The notes under the pieces were generated by a model. The model was not told the DNA's origin. It did not search any database and saw only the letters and a list, made by a program, of their open reading frames with translations. From assembly GCA_000092065.1 (NCBI GenBank), contig CP000596.1: DNA of 64,000 nucleotides, one strand, 5' to 3'. Below are positions 10,218 to 20,264 of the stretch, one piece after another. Both the position numbers and the translations under genes were made by a program. How positions within the stretch are numbered: the first letter of the stretch is position 1; each line of letters starts with the position of its first letter. The stretch is from Ostreococcus lucimarinus (Eukaryota).

Positions 10218-10501
10218 CGTTCGTAGCGAGCGTGTATACAGTGTAGAGTAAAATAGGACCCCACGCTTTCACTTTTTTCCACGAAGCGAATCGTCCCGCA
10301 CCGCGCGACGCGCGACGCGCGCGACGACGCGCGACGCGCGCGAACGGATCGCGATCCTCGCTGCGTCGTAAACCGACGCGCGCGACGAGCGACGACGACC
10401 GCGCGCGCAGCGACGACGCGAAACGCAAAAAGTTCAAAAACATAGAATCGCCGCCGCGCTGGGTCGAGGCGATCGGCGAGAAATCAGCGCGCGCTCGCGA
10501 C

Positions 10502-12112
10502 ATGGCGCGCGAACACTGGAGCTCGGACGCGTGGACGATAGATCCTGGTATATTTGACCTGCGCGCGCTCACGCCGACGCCGCAGACGGATGGAGGAGGG
10601 AAAGAGAAACAGAAAGAGGAGCTGACGAAGAGCGGACCGTCAAAGGCGTCGACGACGACGCAGGCGGGAACGAGCTCGCACGGGAAGGCGACGGAGGATG
10701 CGCTGCGATTGTGTGAGGTCGATGGGTGCGAAGAGCGAAGGAGCTCGCACCGCGGCGCGGGACTGTGCGATAAACATCGACACGCAGAGTCGTTCGTCGT
10801 GCGAGGGGCAAACGGAGGGAAACCGATGCGGTGGTGCTTTTATTGTCATCGCGCGCACGATTTGGGAAAGTTTACCTCGGCGAGTCGGTCGATTTGCTAT
10901 GAGAAATTCACGCTGAGACAGGGACGGAGGGCGGAGAAGAAGCATCAGGAGGCGCGAAAGGCGGCGTCGGCGTCGGCGGTGCTGGGAGCGTTCGGCGCGC
11001 CGGGCACGAACAGTGGCGGGGATAGCGGAGAGACATCGGCGATTGATACTTCGCTGTCGAAGGCTCTTAGTCAGGTGCCGCTCGTGGATGCGATTGTGAT
11101 GAAGCATCGCTCGCAAGTCGTCCCTCAGGGCTACGACACAAAGTTTTGGGTCGCGCATCCGCGTGAGCTTCAGGAACGCATGGACATGTGGGATCTCGTG
11201 CGTCGATTGAACTCCACGGAAGAGCCGGTGGGAATGTACGGGACTATCGTTCCAGGGTGCGTGCGTTTCACCGTTCGCGGTTGGCAAGGCACGGAAGCGA
11301 CGCTCGCGATGCAACCGTTGGATCGACGCGGCGTGTTCGCCCTCGGCGACGAGCGCTCCGTCTCCGTGAGCGAGATGGCGGCGTTGGACATGAAGCCGAG
11401 ACGCGTCTTCATCAATAAACGCGGGAGCGTCACGCGAGGCCCTGTCGGTGCGTGCGGAGAGGCGATCATCGACGCCGTCTTCGCGAGCGCTCGAGAAAAG
11501 CTGTACGTTCGAACACCGCGAGATCCACGCGTGAACAAAATCCCCGTGCGCTTCTTCTCCGAATACGTCGATCGTGAGGTGTCGTGCGTGGACACAGAGG
11601 AGTTTGTTTCAATCTGTCCGTTGTCCGATGCCGGAACGCGTGGCGCAGTGATAGATCACGTGCTGTCGATTCAGTGCGGCGGTTACGGCGCGCCTTACGA
11701 GCACGTCGCCGTCATCGAAGACGAAGACATCGCGCGCGAACTCGTCGAGTTAGACGCATCTACGACAGGTATCGAGGCGAGAAAAGCGTTGCGTAGGTTT
11801 GCTTTAGATTACGTATGGCTTTCGAGTAGCATCGAGACGGCGATGTTTTACGAGGAAGACGTCAAACGCGCGATGTACATCATCGACTCGGCGCGAAATA
11901 TTTTCGGCGCATGGGGACGGGCGCCGAGCGCGCTCGCTCGAGTGGAGACGCTGCGAACAGAAATCGTAGAGTTTGGCACGTCGATTTCGGATGAATCACG
12001 GTGTCGTCCGAGGGTTACCTCGTTTCTGGAGACGAAGAAAATAAGAGCGCGGCCACCGATTTTTTACGGCGCGACAACTTTGCTGCTCCGCAAAGAAAAC
12101 TCATCGATATAA
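10502..12112 (+). CDS. SBP-box (SQUAMOSA-promoter-binding-like) zinc-finger transcription factor.
   Basis: CEVDGCEERRSSHRGAGLCDKHRHAESFVVRGANGGKPMRWCFYCHRAHDLGKFTSASRSICYEKFTLRQGRRAEKK fits the SBP domain pattern (C-x4-C...H...C, then C-x2-C-x3-H-x11-C, followed by a basic NLS). Confidence 0.8.
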   Translation: MAREHWSSDAWTIDPGIFDLRALTPTPQTDGGGKEKQKEELTKSGPSKASTTTQAGTSSHGKATEDALRLCEVDGCEERRSSHRGAGLCDKHRHAESFVVRGANGGKPMRWCFYCHRAHDLGKFTSASRSICYEKFTLRQGRRAEKKHQEARKAASASAVLGAFGAPGTNSGGDSGETSAIDTSLSKALSQVPLVDAIVMKHRSQVVPQGYDTKFWVAHPRELQERMDMWDLVRRLNSTEEPVGMYGTIVPGCVRFTVRGWQGTEATLAMQPLDRRGVFALGDERSVSVSEMAALDMKPRRVFINKRGSVTRGPVGACGEAIIDAVFASAREKLYVRTPRDPRVNKIPVRFFSEYVDREVSCVDTEEFVSICPLSDAGTRGAVIDHVLSIQCGGYGAPYEHVAVIEDEDIARELVELDASTTGIEARKALRRFALDYVWLSSSIETAMFYEEDVKRAMYIIDSARNIFGAWGRAPSALARVETLRTEIVEFGTSISDESRCRPRVTSFLETKKIRARPPIFYGATTLLLRKENSSI

Positions 12113-12180
12113 CATTACTTAGACCTGACTGTAAAGTTGGATATAACATCAGTACTAGTGATCGTTTTCTTCTGCTACTT

Positions 12181-13599
12181 CTACTGTCTAACTCTATTTA
12201 AGAGACGCATCTCCTGCAGCCGCACGAGTTTTGCCGCTTGTCGACCGACGACGCCTCCGCCTGCGGGAGGCCGACCGCCTTCGTCGATCGTGTCTTCCGC
12301 CTCCGCACCGTAACGCGCCAGACGAGCGTCGATAATTGCTTCGAATACGTCATTTGTTTCAACTTTTTTGTTCTCCACCTCGACCAAGGCATCTTTGATC
12401 TTCTCCACGAGCGCGAAAAATTCGTCTTCGACGCCGTTCGCTCCCGTGATTTCGTAATACTTGCCCGCTTCAAAAAAATCGAGAAGCGATTGCTTTCGCT
12501 CTTCTTCTGCGGATTGCAAAGATACTTTCATTGCATCATACACCGCGTGCATCTTCTCTCTCCCGTACACGTCTTCGAAAAGGCTCACGTGCAAGTTTAC
12601 CGTGACGTTGTCCTCGTTGTGAAACTCGCAAAATCCATACTTGTGCAGCAAGCTCGCGTTACTCTGCTCGCCGAACGTGTTAAACAGCTCCTCCCCAGCC
12701 TTAGCTTCAGCCACAGCCTTGATTACCAACGAATCACCGCTATCTCCACCATCACTATCGTCACTATCGTCGTCGTCCTCGACGCCGTAAACCGCCACTG
12801 AATTCGTCCCCGTGCGGTGGTTGAACAAATCCGCACACGGCACGAGACACTCCCCATACTCCCCACCTACGTAAAACGCCCTCGATGCCGCGATCGACGC
12901 CGCCGCCTTGAAGGTTTCCAGCGTTAGCCCCATCGCATTCGCCGTTTCCTCCCCTAAAGCGTCGCGACACGTCTCAAAATCTTCATCAAACGCCTCGTCG
13001 TCCTCGCTCAAGTGCGCCGCGAGCTCCGTCCCGCGCAATTCGTCCCGAAGCTCCGCGTCCCAAAACATCGGCAAACTCCGCTCGCCACGGCGCGGCAATA
13101 TCGCCCTAAACCCATCCCAAAACCCTTTCGCCTCCCGTGCCGTCTCGTCGTCGCCAAACAACTCGCCGACGGCGACGACGTTGAGCGCCAAGCCGCCGCC
13201 CAGCCGCGCGCCTTCCACCGCTTCCCCGTGCGCGCGCGAGTTCTTCCCGCACAGCACGCACGATTTCGGTATTTCAAATAACGTTTCTCCGATCTCGATC
13301 GCTCGCTTCGCGAACACGGCGTAGTGTCGACGGTCATCCGCGAACTCGTCGTCGCTCTTCAGACTACGAATTTCCAACGCGTCGTCGTTCGTCACGATTC
13401 CCACGTCCTCGCACCACGCGCGGAAGCGTTCGAGGTTTTCATCGATCGCGATCGCGTCGCGCTTACGTTTGCGCGCGTCGTCGCGCATGTCGACGCACCG
13501 CGCGACGCGCAGTGCGGCGTTGAAGGCGCTTCCGCGCGGTTTCGCGAACCGAACGCCGTTCGAATTATCAACGAATTCCGCACACGCGCGCGCGCGCAC
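12181..13599 (-). CDS. SET-domain protein-lysine methyltransferase (SETD6 / Rubisco-LSMT-like class).
   Basis: FYVGGEYGECLVPCADLFNH ... ELFNTFGEQSNASLLHKYGFCE is the SETD6/LSMT-type SET core. The start may instead be the internal Met near 13491, since the ATG at 13599 lies only 5 bp from the divergent neighbour's ATG. Confidence 0.7.
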   Translation of the reverse strand: MRARACAEFVDNSNGVRFAKPRGSAFNAALRVARCVDMRDDARKRKRDAIAIDENLERFRAWCEDVGIVTNDDALEIRSLKSDDEFADDRRHYAVFAKRAIEIGETLFEIPKSCVLCGKNSRAHGEAVEGARLGGGLALNVVAVGELFGDDETAREAKGFWDGFRAILPRRGERSLPMFWDAELRDELRGTELAAHLSEDDEAFDEDFETCRDALGEETANAMGLTLETFKAAASIAASRAFYVGGEYGECLVPCADLFNHRTGTNSVAVYGVEDDDDSDDSDGGDSGDSLVIKAVAEAKAGEELFNTFGEQSNASLLHKYGFCEFHNEDNVTVNLHVSLFEDVYGREKMHAVYDAMKVSLQSAEEERKQSLLDFFEAGKYYEITGANGVEDEFFALVEKIKDALVEVENKKVETNDVFEAIIDARLARYGAEAEDTIDEGGRPPAGGGVVGRQAAKLVRLQEMRLLNRVRQ

Positions 13600-13604
13600 G
13601 CGCG

Positions 13605-16600
13605 ATGAGCGCGCGCACGCCCGGGAATCCGCTGTGGGATAAACTCAGGCGTCACGTCAACGCGCCCGGGTCGGCGGAATCGTACAGGTCGCGACAAACG
13701 AGCGGACGAAGCGAACGATTTCGCGACGATTACATCGAAGAGGAAGATTATCGACGCTCGGCGTCGTACGCGCGCGGACGAGACGACCAAAGGACGTACG
13801 ATCGATCGTATTCCTCGCCACGGTCGCGTGGACGGTCGCCGTTGCACGATGATCGAGACGAACGACGATCGGGACGACGGGACGAGTTCGATCGGCGCGC
13901 GCGGTCGCCGCTGGGCGAACGGGACGAGCGGTACGAGCGTGAACGCCGGCGAGGGTACGACGAGCGAGACGAAGATAGGACGGCGATGAGAGCGACGCCC
14001 GAGCGACAGAGGTCGTTTGCGAATCGAGGGGAGGAACGACCGGTGTTGGGTGGCGGAGCGACGGGGAGCGCGGCGGCGCGCGAGGAGCCGTTCGACGCGG
14101 CGTATTATAAGACGAGAATCGCGAGGTTGGAGGAGAAACTCGCGAAGGAGCATCAAAAGGTGAAGTCGACGGTCAAGTATTACGAGGATCAGTTCGAAGC
14201 TCAGGCGAAGAAGCTGAGCGAAAAACACGAAGAGGAGAAAAAGGCGGCGGAGGAGGAGGCGACAAAACTGAAATCGCAGGTGGAGTGGCTGAAGCAGGCG
14301 CAAGAGTCGTTGAAGAGCGAACGCGCGGCGCGCGAGGACTTGGAAAAGGAACTCGCGGCGCTTCAAGAAGAGTATGCTGGGAAGGAAAAGATCGCCACCG
14401 ACGTGAAGACGACAGATGCAAAATTGAAGAAGGAGATCAAGGAGCTCAAGGAGGCGGTTGAAATGGCCAAGCGAGAAGCCGCTGAGGCTGAAGAGAGGAC
14501 GAAGAGCGCGCCGCCAAAGCAACCCGAAGCTGACCCTGCAGAAATTGCCATCTTACAAAAGCAATTGGATGAAGAAAAGGCGCAACGCGACACCATCGAG
14601 AAGAAGTTTGCCGCATTGAAGGCGGAATCCATGGATCCATCTGAAGTCGGTTTGCTGCAAAAGAAAGTGTACACCGCGGAGTCCGAACTCGCGACCGTTC
14701 GTGGAGAACTTGATCGCGCGATGGAGGATAAGCAAGAAGCCACTGTGATTAAGGCGAGGTTGGACGTCGCTGAGAAGCTGGTGTATGAGCTCAAGACAAA
14801 GGCGCAACGCGTCGACGAACTCGAACGCTTTTACGCCGACGCTTCGAAGGACAAAGAGCATTTGCGCCAGGCGTACGACAAGATTCAAGAAATCACGGAC
14901 AAGTTGCTCGCGGTGACGAACGAAAAGGAGGTCCTCGTTCGCCACAGCGCGCAGCAAGCGCACGTTGAGGCTCAACTTGAGCAGACGCGAAGTGAACTCA
15001 ATCGAATCAAAAATGAAGTGCACACGGCGCAGGTGGATAAATCAAACAGCGAGATGAACTTCAAGTACGTCGTTGACGATATTTCCCGCACCCTTCGCGA
15101 ACATGCCATGACGTCGATGCGCTGGGAAGCCCGCATGGCGAGTGAGATAAGTGAAGCAAGCGAGGAACACGCGGAGATTCGCCGTCAAACGATGAATCTC
15201 GTATCCACCGCCGAGTCCGAAGCCCAACGAGTAATGCGAGACTCCATCACCGTCGTCAACGATGCTCGACGCATGTTACAGGATAATCACAAAAAGTCCG
15301 AAGATATCATTGAGGACGTCATTCGCGCTGAGCGTCATCGTATGTCGGACGAAACAAAGACGATGAAGAGCCAGCTTGTAGAGGCTGAACGTAGAGCGCT
15401 ACAGGCAAATGCGCAGATTGATGACTTATCTGAGCAACTGCGCCAAATGCGCATCGATTTGCATCTAGCAAAGGATGCACACGCGGCTTTAACAGCGACG
15501 AGATCAGAAGCGCCTTCTATCGTGGACACGGCGAGAGATTTCGGGAGCGACGGCGTGGCTTCGCCGAGTGGCGAAAAGGTTGATTCGCTTCGACAAAAGT
15601 TGCGCACAGCTCAGTTCCAGCTGCTCGCATTGAAAGCTCGACGTAAGTTTGAGATCGACCCGGATCGTGAGGAACTCGAGGAGAAACTACAGTTCATGCG
15701 TGAAGAGCGCGAGCAGCTTCTGGCGAATCGCCCTGCCGCCGCGTTTGAAGAAACCGCCGAAGTATTGGGGCTTCAAGACGAACTTCAATGGTGCCGTTCC
15801 AAGATTGCAAAGCTCGAGGGAGATCGACGAGAACAAAGCCGTGGCTCGTCAGAACGAGAAAAAAGTCTCGAGGATCAGCTCGAGCGCACTCGGTCGGAGC
15901 TGGAAGAGGTTGAGAAGACGATGAGGCAGCTCAAGAAGCAGCAGCTCGACGCATTTGAAGACGTCGCGGAAGACATGGAATCACATTTGCGAATCAAGCT
16001 GACTGAAATGCGCGAAGAGCTCATGCTCGCGAATGCACAACGTGAGAAGTCACGTAATGAGATGAATCACGCGCAAGATGAGCTGATCGTGCTTCGAAGC
16101 GAGCGCGATAACGCCATCACAAGTGTGAAGACAATGCGCGAAGAGCTCGCCGAGTTGCGCCAGACAATCTCAGAAATGTCAGCGTCAAGAGCGGAAATCA
16201 TGACGGCGGGTCGGGAAGAAGTTCGTGCGCGAGAGGACGAATTAAACGCCGTGCGCAGAGAGTTGAGTAATATTCGCGGTCAGAAAGAAAGTGCCTTACT
16301 TACTATGGAGGAGTTGAAGTCGCGACTGCTCGATACTGAGGCGCGGCTCAGTGAGGCGTCCGAGCAGCGTCAGCAATTGGAGCTCGCGCGTAACGACGAA
16401 ACGAGATCGTCGTCTGAGCGAAATAGATTAGAAAACAAGGTGCTGGTATTACAGACAGAGCGCGATGAGATGCAAACGAAGCTTGAGCAGGTGATCATCT
16501 CGCGAGAGGAATTGGAAGAGGAACTCAAAGTGTTGCTCACAAAGTTGAACCAGTCCGAGGAACAAACAACGGCAACGGTGGCGCAGAGCCGCTCTGAGGT

Positions 16601-18104
16601 ATTTATGGCGAACCAAACCATTTCATCACTTCGTGCACAGCTTGACGAGGTTGAATCGGAGTTCGCCTCGGCGAGCAAGTCGTTCGAGCGCGTTCGCGTC
16701 GACAGGGATGTCGCCACTAAGGCGCTTGAGGAAGTTCGCGAAGACCTCGGTCAATGCGAAGTCGAGCTTAAGCTATCTCAGAGGGAGACCGAAATCAAAG
16801 AACGCGAACGTCAAGAGGCGATCGCGATGATGCAACGGGCGCAAGATGCTCTTCAAGAGACGCGACAGGAGCTCGAAAAGACTGAAGCTGAGCTCGTGAA
16901 TTTGGTGGAAGTTGTCGAGCAAGGCGAAGAGACGTTACAACGCACCAAGGTCCAAGTCACGCAAAAGACTCACGATTTATCTACGGCGGAAGCACGATTG
17001 AGTGATTTGATACGCCAAGCGGATGCATATGAAGCCGAGAGGGACGTCGCAAATGAATTGTTGAGTGAGTCTCGCGGCAAACTCTCTGAACTTCAAGCGC
17101 TATCGCAGATCCGCGAAAACGACCTTCTCAACTTGCGAGTGCAACGCGATAAACTCGCTGAAAAGTATGACGAAACGGTGAACGAGTTGAAGCTGACTGA
17201 GGCGTACTTGCAAAAAGCGAGCGTGGCGGTTGAGAAACATCGCGCGGAGCGAGACGGTTTGAGCCAAGCGCTCGAAGCGGCCAACGACACGTTGAGCGCG
17301 ACAGAAAGCCAGCTTCAAACAGTTTCAGCGCAACTCGCGGAACTATACGAAGAAGTGGAAGAGTATAGAACGCAAGGAGGTAGCGAAGACGAAGAGCTGA
17401 TCGAAACTCAAAAAGCTTTGGACGCCGTCATTGACAAGTTCAAGATTTTGCGGGACGCGCACGAAGAGGCTTTGGGTAACTTGGAAGCTGAAATCGCCGC
17501 GCGACAACGCGAGCAACGCGAGCACAAGCAAGCTATTGAAGCTGCAAGAGTCGAATACGAAGAACACGTGCGAATATTGAAGCGTGCGGTGAATGCGAAT
17601 TCGGATCAAGGTGCACTCGCGAGCGAGCTCTTTGCCATCTTGAAAGATTTCCAGCAAGCTCGCGCAGACGCCGAGGTCGCCGGAGATGAAAGTGAGAAGA
17701 GAACCGCGGCGCAGTACTCAAGACAGATGGTCACATCCCCTAATGAGGCCGCGTTTGAGTCTTTGATGCGAATCAAGACGACTCTCGACGACCTCAAGCA
17801 ACGACTGCAAAGCGCCGCCGTCCGCTCGGGCGACGGAGCCGACGTCGAAACCGAAGCCCTTCGAACCAACCTCCGACTTCGCGTCTTGGTATTCGAAACC
17901 TTTATCGATCTTGTCTCCCAGCGTTCTCGCGTCGGCGCTTACAAAGGCCAAGTCGAGGTCGACGCTCGCGACCGCGCCGCCGAAGAAGACGTTCGATACG
18001 AGGGCGTCCCGAAACCCGCCCTCGTGCGCAAGCGCAGCATCGCCGGTTTCGCCCCGAACATCAACTTTGGCATCAAGCTCTTCGGCAACAACGATCGCGA
18101 TTGA
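13605..18104 (+). CDS. Large coiled-coil protein (1499 aa) with an N-terminal Arg/Asp/Glu/Ser-rich low-complexity region; function unknown.
   Basis: Uninterrupted 4.5-kb ORF whose composition (heptad-like, rich in E/K/R/L/Q) differs from the GC-driven spurious ORFs around it. No recognisable enzymatic motifs. Confidence 0.6.
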   Translation: MSARTPGNPLWDKLRRHVNAPGSAESYRSRQTSGRSERFRDDYIEEEDYRRSASYARGRDDQRTYDRSYSSPRSRGRSPLHDDRDERRSGRRDEFDRRARSPLGERDERYERERRRGYDERDEDRTAMRATPERQRSFANRGEERPVLGGGATGSAAAREEPFDAAYYKTRIARLEEKLAKEHQKVKSTVKYYEDQFEAQAKKLSEKHEEEKKAAEEEATKLKSQVEWLKQAQESLKSERAAREDLEKELAALQEEYAGKEKIATDVKTTDAKLKKEIKELKEAVEMAKREAAEAEERTKSAPPKQPEADPAEIAILQKQLDEEKAQRDTIEKKFAALKAESMDPSEVGLLQKKVYTAESELATVRGELDRAMEDKQEATVIKARLDVAEKLVYELKTKAQRVDELERFYADASKDKEHLRQAYDKIQEITDKLLAVTNEKEVLVRHSAQQAHVEAQLEQTRSELNRIKNEVHTAQVDKSNSEMNFKYVVDDISRTLREHAMTSMRWEARMASEISEASEEHAEIRRQTMNLVSTAESEAQRVMRDSITVVNDARRMLQDNHKKSEDIIEDVIRAERHRMSDETKTMKSQLVEAERRALQANAQIDDLSEQLRQMRIDLHLAKDAHAALTATRSEAPSIVDTARDFGSDGVASPSGEKVDSLRQKLRTAQFQLLALKARRKFEIDPDREELEEKLQFMREEREQLLANRPAAAFEETAEVLGLQDELQWCRSKIAKLEGDRREQSRGSSEREKSLEDQLERTRSELEEVEKTMRQLKKQQLDAFEDVAEDMESHLRIKLTEMREELMLANAQREKSRNEMNHAQDELIVLRSERDNAITSVKTMREELAELRQTISEMSASRAEIMTAGREEVRAREDELNAVRRELSNIRGQKESALLTMEELKSRLLDTEARLSEASEQRQQLELARNDETRSSSERNRLENKVLVLQTERDEMQTKLEQVIISREELEEELKVLLTKLNQSEEQTTATVAQSRSEVFMANQTISSLRAQLDEVESEFASASKSFERVRVDRDVATKALEEVREDLGQCEVELKLSQRETEIKERERQEAIAMMQRAQDALQETRQELEKTEAELVNLVEVVEQGEETLQRTKVQVTQKTHDLSTAEARLSDLIRQADAYEAERDVANELLSESRGKLSELQALSQIRENDLLNLRVQRDKLAEKYDETVNELKLTEAYLQKASVAVEKHRAERDGLSQALEAANDTLSATESQLQTVSAQLAELYEEVEEYRTQGGSEDEELIETQKALDAVIDKFKILRDAHEEALGNLEAEIAARQREQREHKQAIEAARVEYEEHVRILKRAVNANSDQGALASELFAILKDFQQARADAEVAGDESEKRTAAQYSRQMVTSPNEAAFESLMRIKTTLDDLKQRLQSAAVRSGDGADVETEALRTNLRLRVLVFETFIDLVSQRSRVGAYKGQVEVDARDRAAEEDVRYEGVPKPALVRKRSIAGFAPNINFGIKLFGNNDRD

Positions 18105-18340
18105 TTCGGCCTGTAATTCATTTCACTTCAAGCGCACGCGCCGTCGTCCGAGTCGAGTTCGCGTCTCGCCGCCTCGCCTGAAATAAATTCTCGAATGAAT
18201 CCAGCCGCCGCCGCCACGAAAAGTGACATTTTCGCGCACCGCACTTTTCCGCGCGCCGCACACGCGTCGACGCGCTCGACGACGCGCGAAAGCGATACAC
18301 AACTCCCCGAACACGCCTCTCACCGCACGCTCGACGCGCG

Positions 18341-19108
18341 ATGCCGAAGAGCAAGCGCGCCAAGGTGGTGTCCCTGACGCAAACCAAGAAGAAGGACCGC
18401 GAGTGGAAGTCAACGCTCATCGAACGCGTGCGCGACGCGCTGAGCGAAAGATCGTCCGTGTACGTGTTTAAATACGAAAACATGCGGAACGGAACGTTCA
18501 AAGAGATGCGGGCGGCGACGGAGGCGACGACGACGTTCTTCGTGGGGTCGAATAAAGTACTGCGAGTGGCGCTGGGGCGAGACGCGGAGAGCGAGGCGAG
18601 CGAGGGCGCGGCGACGCTTGGAGCGCGCGTGAAGGGCGATTGCGGCGTGATGTTTACTAATTTATCCCGAGAAGACGTTGAGAGCGTGTTTGAAAGGTTT
18701 GCGGTGAAGGATTACGCGAGAACCGGGGCGTTGGCTAGAGAGACGGTGACGGTGGAGGCGGGACCGGTGCACGGTCCGAGCGGGGCGCTCATGGAACACA
18801 CACTCGAGCCGACGCTGCGCAAGAATGGGATGCCGACGAAACTGAATCGTGGAGTGATTGAGTTGGAGGCCAATCACACGCTTTGTAAGGAAGGACAACA
18901 CATCTCTCCGCAAGGGGCGATTTTGTTGCGATTGTTTGGGCACGAGTTGGCCGAATTCAGGTGTCGTCTGACGTGTGGCTTGGTGAACGGCGAGCTCGAG
19001 GTGTACGAGGAAGATGATGAAGGCGACGACGGCGATGATGGACCCATCGACCGATTTGCGCACGACGGCATCACGGATTCCATGATGCTTCCTCCGGGAG
19101 TCAAGTAG
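18341..19108 (+). CDS. MRT4: mRNA turnover protein 4 (MRT4), a ribosomal P0-like pre-60S assembly factor.
   Basis: MPKSKRAKVVSLTQTKKK...MRNGTFKEMRAA...FFVGSNKVLRVALGR aligns to human MRPL/MRTO4 MPKSKRDKKVSLTKT...MRNSKLKDIRNA...FFGKNKVMMVALGR. Acidic tail. Confidence 0.85.
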   Translation: MPKSKRAKVVSLTQTKKKDREWKSTLIERVRDALSERSSVYVFKYENMRNGTFKEMRAATEATTTFFVGSNKVLRVALGRDAESEASEGAATLGARVKGDCGVMFTNLSREDVESVFERFAVKDYARTGALARETVTVEAGPVHGPSGALMEHTLEPTLRKNGMPTKLNRGVIELEANHTLCKEGQHISPQGAILLRLFGHELAEFRCRLTCGLVNGELEVYEEDDEGDDGDDGPIDRFAHDGITDSMMLPPGVK

Positions 19109-19168
19109 ACTGACGCGTACCTTCGTAATAAACACAACGTAGTTCAAATCGACAAACGACGTTCATCT

Positions 19169-20146
19169 CTACAAGGCATCACTGCCGCTATCGCTATAGT
19201 ACTTTTCAACAACCTCACGCACAAACCAGTCCAGCGAGAGTTGCATGTGTCTCGCGGCCGGCACGAGTCGCGCCTCCAGTCGACCGTCGGCGTCGAGCGC
19301 CGCCAAGCCAAGACTCTCGTACACGACGTCGTTCCTATCGTACGGGATTATTTCCGATCTGTTACTTCCGCCGACCACTCGCGATCCAAACCACGAACTT
19401 TCTTTCGGGAACACCATGTCATCGAATTCGAACATGAACATTACGAATCGCTCCAACGACGTCAACGCCTCGCGCCGAGACGCTCCGTCTCTCTCGTTCG
19501 CGGTCCCCTCGTTGTTCACCCACGGCAAGAACGCGTTCGTCTCCAAATAGCGCTGGTATTTTGCGTTCGTGGACGTATCCCGAAAGTACTGCGCCTGCAC
19601 GATGCGTCGCCGCGCGAAATCGCTCGCCGATAACGCGCTCGCCATCGCGTTCATCGCTCGACACGCGCGCGAAATCGTCGCCCAATCCCCTCCGCATCCC
19701 GGCAACGCATCCACGCCCAAATGCTGCGCCCCAAACGTCACCAACGTCGTAAACTTTACCCCGTCGCACGTCTCCACGAGCGCTCTCGCGAACTGCCCTC
19801 CCTGCGAGAACCCGAGCGCGTGCGTTCGCGTCGTCCCGCTCGCTCGCCGCGTCTCGTCCCCGACCACCGCCTCGCACACCGCGCTCACCTGCGCCGCGAC
19901 GTCGCCGACGTACGAGCTGTATCGATCCCCACCGCCACCATCGATTCGCACGCTTCGCGCGCACGCGCTCGGGCGTCGCGCGAGCGCCAGCGCGAGTTCG
20001 TCCAAGCCTTCGCCCGTGTCTCCCATCCCGTGCCAGAGGTAAAACCAATCGCGCGTCGTCTCGTCGCACGCGCCGCGCGAGACGAAGCTCGCGCGCGGCG
20101 TCGTCGACGCGAGCGCGCCGAGCGCGAGCGCGCCGAGCGCGCGCAT
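19169..20146 (-). CDS. PPT1: Palmitoyl-protein thioesterase 1 (PPT1-like) with an N-terminal signal peptide.
   Basis: LWHGMGD, the GFSQGGQF nucleophile elbow, GAQHLGV and [21 protein letters not shown] align to PPT1 ([48 protein letters not shown]). Start taken at [14 protein letters not shown]. Confidence 0.85.
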   Translation of the reverse strand: [325 protein letters not shown]

Positions 20147-20264
20147 GGACGCGCGCGCGGCGGTTTGTGGCGACGCCGGCGCTGCATCTAACCGTCCGGG
20201 ACGTGCGGCGACACAGCGTCGCGCGCGAGCGGAGCGCGCGCGCGCGGAGGGCGTCGAGCGGAGC

